Shown here in pieces: positions 9,006 through 17,319 of a stretch of 64,000 nt of DNA; positions within the stretch are counted from its first letter, which is position 1; every line of letters begins with the position of its first letter. Under the pieces are notes generated by a model. That model saw only the letters and a list, made by a program, of their open reading frames with translations, had not been told where the DNA came from and ran no database searches. The DNA is taken from contig OMZA01000009.1 in the NCBI GenBank assembly GCA_900315425.1, positions 964-64,963 of the forward strand. Direction: 5' to 3'. Position numbers and translations under genes: made by a program. Origin of the DNA: an uncultured Eubacteriales bacterium. GTDB taxonomy: Bacteria; Bacillota; Clostridia; Lachnospirales; Lachnospiraceae.

Positions 9006-9710
9006 TTATTTAATAAGTTTAATTGCCGGATCTTCAACATTGTTGGCGGCAAAGGCTGCAGCCCTGTCAATACAAGTACCACATTTACCACAAGGAGTGT
9101 CTTTACCCTCGTAACAGCTCCAGGTAAGTTCATATGGAGTCTTAAGTTCAAGCCCTTTTTTTACTACACCTGCTTTGTTTGAATCAACAAATGGTGCAAC
9201 TATTTTGATCTTTTCATAAGTACCTATATTAATGGCCTTGGCCATGGCATCTACAAATTCAGTGGAACAGTCGGCATAGGCATTGCCTGCTGCATCATCT
9301 GCATGGGCACCTATATAAATGTCACATTCTTCATTTTCGTAAATACTGTCTGCCAAAGCGGCGGCAGCAGAAAGCATCAAACCATTTCTAAAAGGTACGT
9401 AAGTAGAAACTCTTCCCTCACCATTTTCAGCAATTTGCTCTGCATAACTTTGGTGCTTGATTTCCTGGGTTGAATTTGTAAGTAACGAACAATTGGAATA
9501 TTGCATTATGGAAGATAAATCAAGTTCATAATGCTTTATGTGATAGTAATTTGCCAGCTCTCTGGCACATTTAAGTTCTTTGTCGTGTTTTTGACCGTAG
9601 AAAAATGAAACGCTGGTTACATTTTCTGAACCGAACTTATTAATTGCTAAAGATAAACAAGTAGTGGAATCTACGCCACCACTTGATAATACAAGTGCTT
9701 TTTTAGACAT
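9006..9710 (-). CDS. queC: 7-cyano-7-deazaguanine synthase
   Basis: SGGVDSTT, YGQKH, TYVPFRNG, TWSCY, CGKCGTC. Confidence 0.95.
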   Translation of the reverse strand: MSKKALVLSSGGVDSTTCLSLAINKFGSENVTSVSFFYGQKHDKELKCARELANYYHIKHYELDLSSIMQYSNCSLLTNSTQEIKHQSYAEQIAENGEGRVSTYVPFRNGLMLSAAAALADSIYENEECDIYIGAHADDAAGNAYADCSTEFVDAMAKAINIGTYEKIKIVAPFVDSNKAGVVKKGLELKTPYELTWSCYEGKDTPCGKCGTCIDRAAAFAANNVEDPAIKLIK

Positions 9711-9720
9711 ATTGACCTCC

Positions 9721-9756
9721 TAGTATTTTTATAGTTGGATGGGATTTCGAACAACT
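9721..9756 (-). promoter_or_regulatory. preQ1 class I riboswitch (translational type)
   Basis: Minus strand reads AGTTG-TTCG-AAATCCCATC-CAACT-ATAAAAATACTA directly followed by the GGAGG SD of queC; stem, loop and A-rich tail match preQ1-I architecture. Confidence 0.85.
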
Positions 9757-9917
9757 TGTGTTTAAATAGTTCCTCTCCATAAACACTAAAAGTAAGTATA
9801 TACATTTCTAATACATTTATCAATAAAATACTTTGTTAAATTTTTAATTATCATTTCTTTTATATAAATAAATGTTTATAATGTAAACAAGAGAAGCTTG
9901 TTGATAGTTGAAACGTT

Positions 9918-10439
9918 TTGAGAAAGGGGGCCGTCGGAAAATTGGACGAAATATCGTACAAGAACACGGTTATGGAGCTAGCTAATAATCCTTTAGTCTT
10001 ACAGATGGCAAAGTATGTTCAACATGGGAATAGCACTACGTATCAGCATAGTGTAAATGTGGCCATTATAGCAGGTAAGATTGCAAAGAAGTTGCACATT
10101 AAAATATCTGCGGTGGAATTAGCAAGAGGAGCCATGTTACATGATTTCTTTTTATATGATATTCATGGCGGAAGTGTAGGTACATGGGAGCACGGTTTTG
10201 GGCACGCGTCAGTTGCCTTGGAGAATGCTTGCAAGCACTTTGATTTAACAGATATCGAGAAAGATATTATATATACTCACATGTGGCCTTTGAATATAAC
10301 AAGGGTTCCTGGTTGTAAAGAAAGTGTTATAGTTGGTATTGCAGATAAAATTAGTGCAGTTACTGAAAGGATTATGAAGAGTAGCTATACTAAGGAAGGT
10401 GACTTTAAAAAAATAAAATACATAGCTTTTGCATATTGA
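9918..10439 (+). CDS. HD-domain protein, substrate unknown
   Basis: QH..TYQHS, MLHDFFLYD, IYTHMWP, ADK; start could be TTG 9918 or a downstream ATG. Confidence 0.8.
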   Translation: MRKGAVGKLDEISYKNTVMELANNPLVLQMAKYVQHGNSTTYQHSVNVAIIAGKIAKKLHIKISAVELARGAMLHDFFLYDIHGGSVGTWEHGFGHASVALENACKHFDLTDIEKDIIYTHMWPLNITRVPGCKESVIVGIADKISAVTERIMKSSYTKEGDFKKIKYIAFAY

Positions 10440-10442
10440 TTA

Positions 10443-10527
10443 TTGACAAATTAGCTAATTGAGATATAATATGTAAGGTAAAGACAAGGGCGTCTGATTC
10501 ACATTAGGTGGGTCGGACGCTTTTTTT
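10443..10527 (+). promoter_or_regulatory. Sigma-A promoter followed by an ANTAR-like hairpin overlapping an intrinsic terminator
   Basis: TTGACA-16-TATAAT (10443-10470); GAC-AAGGGC-GTC (10483-10494); terminator GCGTCTGA...TCGGACGC-T7 (10490-10527). Confidence 0.55.
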
Positions 10528-10785
10528 GTTTGACGAATGTAAAAATGTATCTAATACATTTTTAACATAAAAAAATAAAATCACAAATTACACGGACAAA
10601 GAGCAGGTTTAATACCTGCTCTTTGTGATTGTATGATATTGTATTAAATAAAAACTTAATGATAAAACATATCAAAAAGAAAATAAATGTTGTAGAATAA
10701 CTTCATGTGATTATTAGAGAATCACGAAAGTTAGAAAGATATTAGAAGACATAAGTGGTAAGGTCACAAAGAAAGGAGTTAGGAT

Positions 10786-11433
10786 ATGAAGTACGTTTGT
10801 AAAGTATGTGGATATGTACATGAGGGGGACGAAGCACCAGAAACATGTCCAAAATGCGGACAGAGTGGGGTTTTTGAAGAGGTTAAGGAAAATGCGAAGA
10901 ACCCTTATGCAGGAACAAAGACTGAGAAAAACTTATGGGAAGCTTTTGCCGGTGAGTCTCAGGCAAGAAATAAATATACATATTTTGCTTCAGTAGCTAA
11001 GAAAGCTGGTTATGAGCAGATTGCAGCGTTATTTCTTAAAACTGCTGACAATGAAAAGGAACATGCAAAACTTTGGTTCAAACATCTTGGTGAATTAGGA
11101 ACTACAGAAGAGAATCTTTTACAGGCAGCAGAAGGTGAAAATCATGAGTGGACAGATATGTACGACAGAATGGCTAAGGAAGCTGATGAGGAAGGATTCC
11201 ATGAACTTGCTGAACAGTTCCGTGGAGTTGCTGCTATTGAAAAACACCATGAGGAGAGATATAGAAAACTTCTTGAGAATGTAAAAGCAATGGAAGTATT
11301 TGAAAAGAGTGGTGTTACAATATGGGAATGTAGAAATTGCGGACATATTGTTGTTGGAACAAAAGCACCTGATGTGTGTCCTGTTTGCAATCATCCACAG
11401 AGTTTCTTTGAAGTACATGCAGAGAATTATTAA
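10786..11433 (+). CDS. rbr: Rubrerythrin with an extra N-terminal rubredoxin-like domain
   Basis: CKVCG...CPKC N-terminus, [23 protein letters not shown]-terminal CRNCG...CPVC. Confidence 0.92.
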   Translation: MKYVCKVCGYVHEGDEAPETCPKCGQSGVFEEVKENAKNPYAGTKTEKNLWEAFAGESQARNKYTYFASVAKKAGYEQIAALFLKTADNEKEHAKLWFKHLGELGTTEENLLQAAEGENHEWTDMYDRMAKEADEEGFHELAEQFRGVAAIEKHHEERYRKLLENVKAMEVFEKSGVTIWECRNCGHIVVGTKAPDVCPVCNHPQSFFEVHAENY

Positions 11434-11448
11434 TAATAAAAAATAAAA

Positions 11449-11492
11449 CAAACTCTTCGAAGTCTGGGAATTTTAAGACTTCGAAGAGTTTT
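11449..11492. terminator. Bidirectional terminator between rbr and nadC
   Basis: AAACTCTTCGAAGTCT...AGACTTCGAAGAGTTT, A-rich left and T-rich right flanks. Confidence 0.85.
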
Positions 11493-11497
11493 TATTT

Positions 11498-12352
11498 TTA
11501 TTCTACAGGTTTTAAATTTTTGAGAGATAAATCAAGGATTGGTGCTGAGTGAGTTAAAGCACCACTAGAAATATAATCAACGCCAATATCCTTAAGAGAT
11601 TGAATTTTTTCTGCGGTAACATTTCCAGAGCATTCAGTTTTTGCCCTGCCGTCAATGTATGCAACAGCTTCTTTCATTTCATCAGGAGTCATATTGTCTA
11701 ACATAATAATGTCAGCGCCTGCATCCACAGCTTCCTTAACCATTTCAAGATTCTCTGTTTCAACTTCTATTTTTCTGACAAAGGAAGCGTAATTCTTTGC
11801 CATTTCAACGGCCTTTTTAATAGAACCAGCTGCACCTATGTGATTATCTTTAAGAAGTATACCATCGGATAGGTTGTATCTATGATTGCTTCCGCCACCA
11901 ACTTTAACGGCGTATTTTTCAAAAACTCTCATGTTAGGAGTGGTTTTTCTTGTATCTAAAAGAGTGATGTCAGTACCTTCAAGCATTTTTACTATTCCAT
12001 TAGTATAAGTTGCTATACCGCTCATTCTTTGCAGGTAGTTAAGGGCTGTACGTTCTCCTGATAGAAGAACTCTAATGTCACCCTTAAGAACGCCAATTAA
12101 ATCTCCGTTTTTAACAGTATCTCCATCTTTGAAAAAGAATTGGATTTCAACGTCTTCATCTAGGAGTTTGAAAACTCTTTCGAATACTTGAAGTCCGGCA
12201 ATTACCCCGTCTTGTTTACAGATTAAATCAGCCGTTCCTAGTTTGAATTCAGGCATTACAGAATTAGTAGTAATATCTTCGCGGGTTATATCTTCTTCTA
12301 AGGCCATCATAATTAGTTTGTCGGCCTGTATTTTCATAGTAACGTTATTCAT
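11498..12352 (-). CDS. nadC: Quinolinate phosphoribosyltransferase
   Basis: ALEEDI, GERTALNYLQRMSGIAT, DTRKTTP, LKDNH, IMLDNM, ISSGALTHS. Confidence 0.96.
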   Translation of the reverse strand: MNNVTMKIQADKLIMMALEEDITREDITTNSVMPEFKLGTADLICKQDGVIAGLQVFERVFKLLDEDVEIQFFFKDGDTVKNGDLIGVLKGDIRVLLSGERTALNYLQRMSGIATYTNGIVKMLEGTDITLLDTRKTTPNMRVFEKYAVKVGGGSNHRYNLSDGILLKDNHIGAAGSIKKAVEMAKNYASFVRKIEVETENLEMVKEAVDAGADIIMLDNMTPDEMKEAVAYIDGRAKTECSGNVTAEKIQSLKDIGVDYISSGALTHSAPILDLSLKNLKPVE

Positions 12353-12385
12353 TTAAAATTCTCTCTTTCATAAATATATTTTTGA

Positions 12386-13624
12386 CTATTTAAATTCTTC
12401 TTTAAAATGTTCTTGGTCAAAATAAGTATTGTTATTCTTTATATGTTGTTTGATTTCATTGGCTGCTCTTTTGGCAAATACCATACTTTCTAAAAGAGAA
12501 TTGCTGGCTAGGCGGTTTTTGCCGTGTACACCATTACAAGCGGTTTCTCCAACTGCGTAGAGCCTATCCATGGAAGTATGGCTGTTAGAATTAACTTTTA
12601 TTCCACCCATGAAATAATGTTGGGCTGGAACTACAGGAATGCATTCTCTAGTAACGTCATATCCATTTTTAAGACAGTGCTCATAAATATGAGGGAAATG
12701 TCCTAATATGGTTTCTTTTGGGATTGGACGCATATCTAAAAGAACATATTCCGTACGGTCTTTTTTCATTTGTTTTCTAATTTCATCGGTTACAACATCT
12801 CTTGGCTGAAGTTCATCGCAGAATCGATTGCCGTTTTTATCTAAAAGAACTGCACCCTCGCCTCTTACGGATTCAGATATGAGAAATCGTCTTCCGGAAG
12901 CAGTGGAATAAAACGTTGTTGGATGAATTTGAACATAATCAAGATGCTCTGTTTGGATGTTGTATTTTTTAGCTACATCCAGTGCATCTCCTGTTAGAAT
13001 TGGAAAATTCGTAGAATGTTTATATAATCCACCAATACCACCTGTTGCCAATATGGTTTCCTTGGCTAGAATCTCATATTCAGTAGATTGATCATCTCTT
13101 GCTCTGATTCCGAGACAAACTCCGTCTTCTACTATTAAGTCATACATAGTGGTATATTCCATCATTTCGATATTAGGTTTTGCTTTAGCAGCAGCGAAAA
13201 GCTTCTTTGTGATTTCTTCACCGGTAATATCCTCATGGAAAGCAATTCTATTTTTAGAATGGGCACCTTCTTTTGTAAAAATCAGATTACCCTGTGAATC
13301 CTTGGCAAAATCCACACCGTAGTTAATTAGATCTTTAATTAAATCCTTTGAAGAACGAATCATGATTTCTACGCTTTCAGGATTGTTCTCGTAGTGACCG
13401 GCCTTCATTGTGTCATTATAGTATGCATCATAATCATCTTCATCCCAAAGCACACAAATACCACCCTGTGCCAAAAAAGAATCACAGGTTTCAAAAGTAT
13501 CTTTCGATAACATAAGAATGGAAACATCTTCTGGGAGATTAAGGGCACAGTAAAGACCTGAGACGCCACATCCAACGATTACGTAGTCTGGTTGAAGGAC
13601 CAGTTTTTCTATATCTGTATTCAT
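12386..13624 (-). CDS. nadB: L-aspartate oxidase
   Basis: VIVGCGVSG, SFLAQGGI, EGAHS, QIHPT, LISESVRGEG, PAQHYFMGG, HGKNRLASNSLLE; start placed at ATG 13624. Confidence 0.93.
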   Translation of the reverse strand: MNTDIEKLVLQPDYVIVGCGVSGLYCALNLPEDVSILMLSKDTFETCDSFLAQGGICVLWDEDDYDAYYNDTMKAGHYENNPESVEIMIRSSKDLIKDLINYGVDFAKDSQGNLIFTKEGAHSKNRIAFHEDITGEEITKKLFAAAKAKPNIEMMEYTTMYDLIVEDGVCLGIRARDDQSTEYEILAKETILATGGIGGLYKHSTNFPILTGDALDVAKKYNIQTEHLDYVQIHPTTFYSTASGRRFLISESVRGEGAVLLDKNGNRFCDELQPRDVVTDEIRKQMKKDRTEYVLLDMRPIPKETILGHFPHIYEHCLKNGYDVTRECIPVVPAQHYFMGGIKVNSNSHTSMDRLYAVGETACNGVHGKNRLASNSLLESMVFAKRAANEIKQHIKNNNTYFDQEHFKEEFK

Positions 13625-13691
13625 ATTAGTTAAGTTGATAAAACAACTTATCTCCTTTCTTTCAGATGTGTGAAAGTCTATATTTAAGAAA

Positions 13692-13720
13692 ATTTTAGAA
13701 GAATATAATTGAGGTGTCAA
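13692..13720 (-). promoter_or_regulatory. Sigma-A promoter of nadB-nadC; possible NiaR-type half-site overlapping -35
   Basis: Minus strand TTGACA-17-TAAAAT; TTGACACCT resembles half of the Firmicute NiaR box (partial match only). Confidence 0.6.
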
Positions 13721-13825
13721 GGCGTACTTGATAATTAATTAGCGAGAAAAGCATTTGCAATGACAAAAAAATAGTATATAATGAAAACGATTTAGAAAGA
13801 AATATGAATTACGGAGGTAATTAAA

Positions 13826-14689
13826 ATGTTAGTATCAGCAGAAGAGATGCTTAAAAAAGCAAAAGCTGGACACTACGCAGTAGGTCAGTTCAATATCAAC
13901 AATCTTGAGTGGACAAAGGCTGTTTTATTAACAGCTCAGGAACTTAACTCACCAGTTATCTTAGGTGTATCTGAAGGTGCTGGAAAGTACATGACAGGAT
14001 TTAAGACAGTAGCAGCGATGGTTAAAGCTATGGACGAATCCCTTGGAATTACAGTTCCAGTTGCACTTCATTTAGATCATGGTACATATGAAGGATGTTA
14101 CAAATGTATCAAAGCAGGATTCACATCTATCATGTTTGATGGTTCTTCATACTCAATTGAAGAGAACGTTGAGAAGACAAAAGAGTTAGTTAAGGTTGCA
14201 GAGGCTATGGGACTTTCAATCGAGGCTGAAGTTGGATCAATTGGTGGAGAAGAAGATGGAGTTATCGGTGCTGGAGAATGTGCAGATCCAAACGAATGTA
14301 AGATGATTGCAGACCTTGGAGTAACAATGCTTGCAGCAGGTATCGGAAATATCCATGGAAAATATCCAGACAATTGGGCTGGACTTTCATTTGACACTCT
14401 TGCAGCTATCCAGGAGAAGACAGGTGAGATGCCATTAGTTCTTCATGGTGGTTCAGGTATTCCAGATGAGCAGATTAAGAAAGCTATTGATCTTGGAGTA
14501 TCAAAAGTTAATGTTAATACAGAGTGTCAGTTAGTATTTGCTGATGCTACTCGTAAATACATTGAAGCTGGAAAAGACCTTGAAGGAAAAGGATTTGATC
14601 CTCGTAAATTACTTGCTCCAGGTTTTGAAGCTATTAAAGAAGAAGTTAAAGTTAAAATGGAATTATTCGGATCAGTTGGAAAGGCTTAA
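13826..14689 (+). CDS. fba: Class II fructose-1,6-bisphosphate aldolase
   Basis: VALHLDHG, MFDGS, EAEVG, GNIHG, LVLHGGSG, KVNVNTE. Confidence 0.96.
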   Translation: MLVSAEEMLKKAKAGHYAVGQFNINNLEWTKAVLLTAQELNSPVILGVSEGAGKYMTGFKTVAAMVKAMDESLGITVPVALHLDHGTYEGCYKCIKAGFTSIMFDGSSYSIEENVEKTKELVKVAEAMGLSIEAEVGSIGGEEDGVIGAGECADPNECKMIADLGVTMLAAGIGNIHGKYPDNWAGLSFDTLAAIQEKTGEMPLVLHGGSGIPDEQIKKAIDLGVSKVNVNTECQLVFADATRKYIEAGKDLEGKGFDPRKLLAPGFEAIKEEVKVKMELFGSVGKA

Positions 14690-14727
14690 TTGCTTTTAAC
14701 ATAGGATTCATATAATTACGAATATTA

Positions 14728-14770
14728 AAGAACTAAGTTTTGTATCTATGCAGAGCTTAGTTCTTTTTTT
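14728..14770 (+). terminator. Intrinsic terminator after fba
   Basis: AAGAACTAAGTTTTG...CAGAGCTTAGTTCTT plus T-tract. Confidence 0.8.
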
Positions 14771-14931
14771 GATTAGACAATTGGTGAAAATGTATAAAAT
14801 AATGTATTCAAATATAGATGTTTTGTATAAAATTACAAAAACAACTATGAAGAAAATATTAATTTATGTATAATGTATCTAGGTTAATGGGGTAGTTTAT
14901 AAAGAGTATTAAGAGAGAGATAAAAGGAGAA

Positions 14932-16842
14932 GTGTATACTATGCATATAACAAGCTTTTTTAAGAACAAGTTGGTTATGTGTTGGGTAGTATTGCTGGTT
15001 TTCGTATTTGGATTTTTGTTGATACCAAGATTGTTTAATAAAGAGAGCGAAGCTGACATTTCAGATAAAAATGCAGCACAATATGGATTGCAGGCGAAGG
15101 TCCAGGACGGAGTCATATTAGATTGCTGGGGTTGGTCTTATGAGACTATTAGAAATAATCTTGTAGATATAGCAGCGGCAGGATATTCAGCAGTACAGAC
15201 ATCACCAGTGCAAAAACCAACTGATTACGATGCTGGAGAAACCGGTATGGGTGATCAATGGTGGAAGCTTTATCAGCCGGTAAGTTTATCCATTGCGGAT
15301 ACGTCTTGGTTGGGAACAAAAACAACTTTAAAAGAATTATGCAGTGTAGCAGATAATTATGGAATTAAAGTAATAGTAACAATCGAAGCTAACAATATGG
15401 GAAGTGGAGATGATTCAACTTCTTTAAATGAAGATGTAGAAAATTATGAAAGTCAGATATATAACGATTATGGACAGTATTTTCATACATATATTTCTTA
15501 TGATAATACCTCTGTTCAGGGGATAGTTCAGGGGAATACCGGCTCGCCGGATCTTAACACCGCTAATAGTTACGTTCAAAACAGAGTGGGTAAGTTATTA
15601 TGTGATTGTATAGATTTGGGAGTTGATGGTTTTAGATTTGAAGATGCAAAGTGTATAGAGACTTCAGGAGATAGTTATTATAGTTCCAGCTTTTTTGAAA
15701 CTGTAATAGGAAGAGCTAGAAATTATGCAAAGTCAAAGGGTAAAAGAGTTTATTTCTATGGAGTTATTCTTGGTGATCCGGGACCTGAAAGAAGCTACAG
15801 TAATTATGCTGCAAATATGCATGTAACTGATACGAGAACAGGACAGGCAATTATGTCAGCCATAACTGATAAAAAGGCTTCAGATGCAGCTTCTACACAC
15901 ATATATAGTGATTTGGACACAGATGAAATTGTATTGTGGGCAGAATCTTATGAATCATACATGGGTTTAAATAATACAGATGGAATTAAGTCAACAAAAT
16001 CCATCTCAGAAGCTGATGTTAATAAGGCATGGGCTCTTGTAGGTAATGTAAAAGGTGCAACAGCTATTTACTATGCAAGACCTTCGGATACTATAGGAAG
16101 TACAGGGTCTAGCGCATGGATGTCTGATGAGGTAATAGCAATCAATAAGTTCCATAATGCATTTATAAATGCTGAGGAGCACACAAGTTCAGATGGCGAC
16201 ATTGTTATAAAAGAGAAAAAGATTTCATCTGGCGATGATAATGATGGAATTATTCTGGTAAATGTTAATGGCATGGAAGCTGACGTTGAAGTTAAGGCTG
16301 ATAATGTTGAAAAGGGAGATTATGTGGATGAAATAACTGGTAATTTATTCAAACTTGAACAGGGTAAATTAACAGGAACCATAGGTGATACAGGTATTGC
16401 TGTTTTATATTGTAAGAGTGAAAAGGAAATGACTACTTATGATGGTTCAAAAGCAGATTCTGATAACGGTGACAGTACAAAAGAGTCAAAATCAGGTCAG
16501 GATGTTTACGAAACTAAAGAATCATCTGTAAAAGAAATTGAAGTGGCAGCTGGTGAACAGATTATCTATTTCAATACGGAAAAATGTGATTGGTTTAAGG
16601 AAAAAAATACCATTCCGGTTCTAAAGGCTGAAGACGGGGAATATATTGAAATGGTTCAAATTGATGATTACTTGTATTACGTTAGTATTAAAGATACAGT
16701 TAAATCAGTTGTTATTGCTAGATTATCAGCAGAGGGAAATATCGAAAAACCATACAGCACGTCTATTCCTTCTGGAAAAAATATTTATTCGGCAGTTAAA
16801 GATTGGTCAGGTGGAGGAACTTGGAGTTCAACCAATAACTAA
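14932..16842 (+). CDS. Membrane-anchored GH13 alpha-amylase homologue (AmyE-like) with substituted catalytic residues and a possible C-terminal starch-binding module
   Basis: N-terminal TM helix; ILDCWGWSY...AGYSAVQTSP, WWKLYQP, PDLNT, GVDGFRFEDAKCIE, YGVILGD, WAESYESY; C-terminal IYFNTEKCDW segment. Confidence 0.8.
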   Translation: MYTMHITSFFKNKLVMCWVVLLVFVFGFLLIPRLFNKESEADISDKNAAQYGLQAKVQDGVILDCWGWSYETIRNNLVDIAAAGYSAVQTSPVQKPTDYDAGETGMGDQWWKLYQPVSLSIADTSWLGTKTTLKELCSVADNYGIKVIVTIEANNMGSGDDSTSLNEDVENYESQIYNDYGQYFHTYISYDNTSVQGIVQGNTGSPDLNTANSYVQNRVGKLLCDCIDLGVDGFRFEDAKCIETSGDSYYSSSFFETVIGRARNYAKSKGKRVYFYGVILGDPGPERSYSNYAANMHVTDTRTGQAIMSAITDKKASDAASTHIYSDLDTDEIVLWAESYESYMGLNNTDGIKSTKSISEADVNKAWALVGNVKGATAIYYARPSDTIGSTGSSAWMSDEVIAINKFHNAFINAEEHTSSDGDIVIKEKKISSGDDNDGIILVNVNGMEADVEVKADNVEKGDYVDEITGNLFKLEQGKLTGTIGDTGIAVLYCKSEKEMTTYDGSKADSDNGDSTKESKSGQDVYETKESSVKEIEVAAGEQIIYFNTEKCDWFKEKNTIPVLKAEDGEYIEMVQIDDYLYYVSIKDTVKSVVIARLSAEGNIEKPYSTSIPSGKNIYSAVKDWSGGGTWSSTNN

Positions 16843-16905
16843 AAAGTGATATAATAGTGAGCAAATACATGAAGATGTGTTTGCTCATTAATTTTTTAGG
16901 GGTGA

Positions 16906-17319
16906 TTGAGTATGAAAAAAAGAATACTAGCTTATTTAAGTTATGTTGACGGAATTATTGCAAAGGAAAAGAAGGATAAGAATCAGAATCTGGATTTGGT
17001 AATTGAAAGGCATTTGGTGCAAATTGCTTTTTTTGCGCATGAAAGATTCATACATTTAGTGGTAACTGTGTTATTTGCACTGGGTACATTGTTGTCGATA
17101 TTTACATTTTTAGCTACAGGGCAGGCATCAATCTTAGCATTGATTGTAATGCTTTTGGTTTTATTGGTGCCTTATGTAATGCATTATTATCTTTTAGAAA
17201 ATGGTGTTCAGAAAATGTATACTCAATACGATGAGTTATTAAAGCTTCAGTATGAAAAAGATGGAAAGAAATTAGAGTTGGAAAAAGGAAAGTACGAGGT
17301 ATTTACAGTTGAAGGATGA
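16906..17319 (+). CDS. Small conserved-type membrane protein
   Basis: Two hydrophobic helices between HERFIHL and HYYLLENGVQK. Confidence 0.7.
   Translation: MSMKKRILAYLSYVDGIIAKEKKDKNQNLDLVIERHLVQIAFFAHERFIHLVVTVLFALGTLLSIFTFLATGQASILALIVMLLVLLVPYVMHYYLLENGVQKMYTQYDELLKLQYEKDGKKLELEKGKYEVFTVEG

Noticed and set aside
7402-9710. 7-deazaguanine DNA-modification (dpd) island
   Set aside because: No dpdA or tgt-like gene nearby, and a preQ1 riboswitch points to tRNA queuosine metabolism
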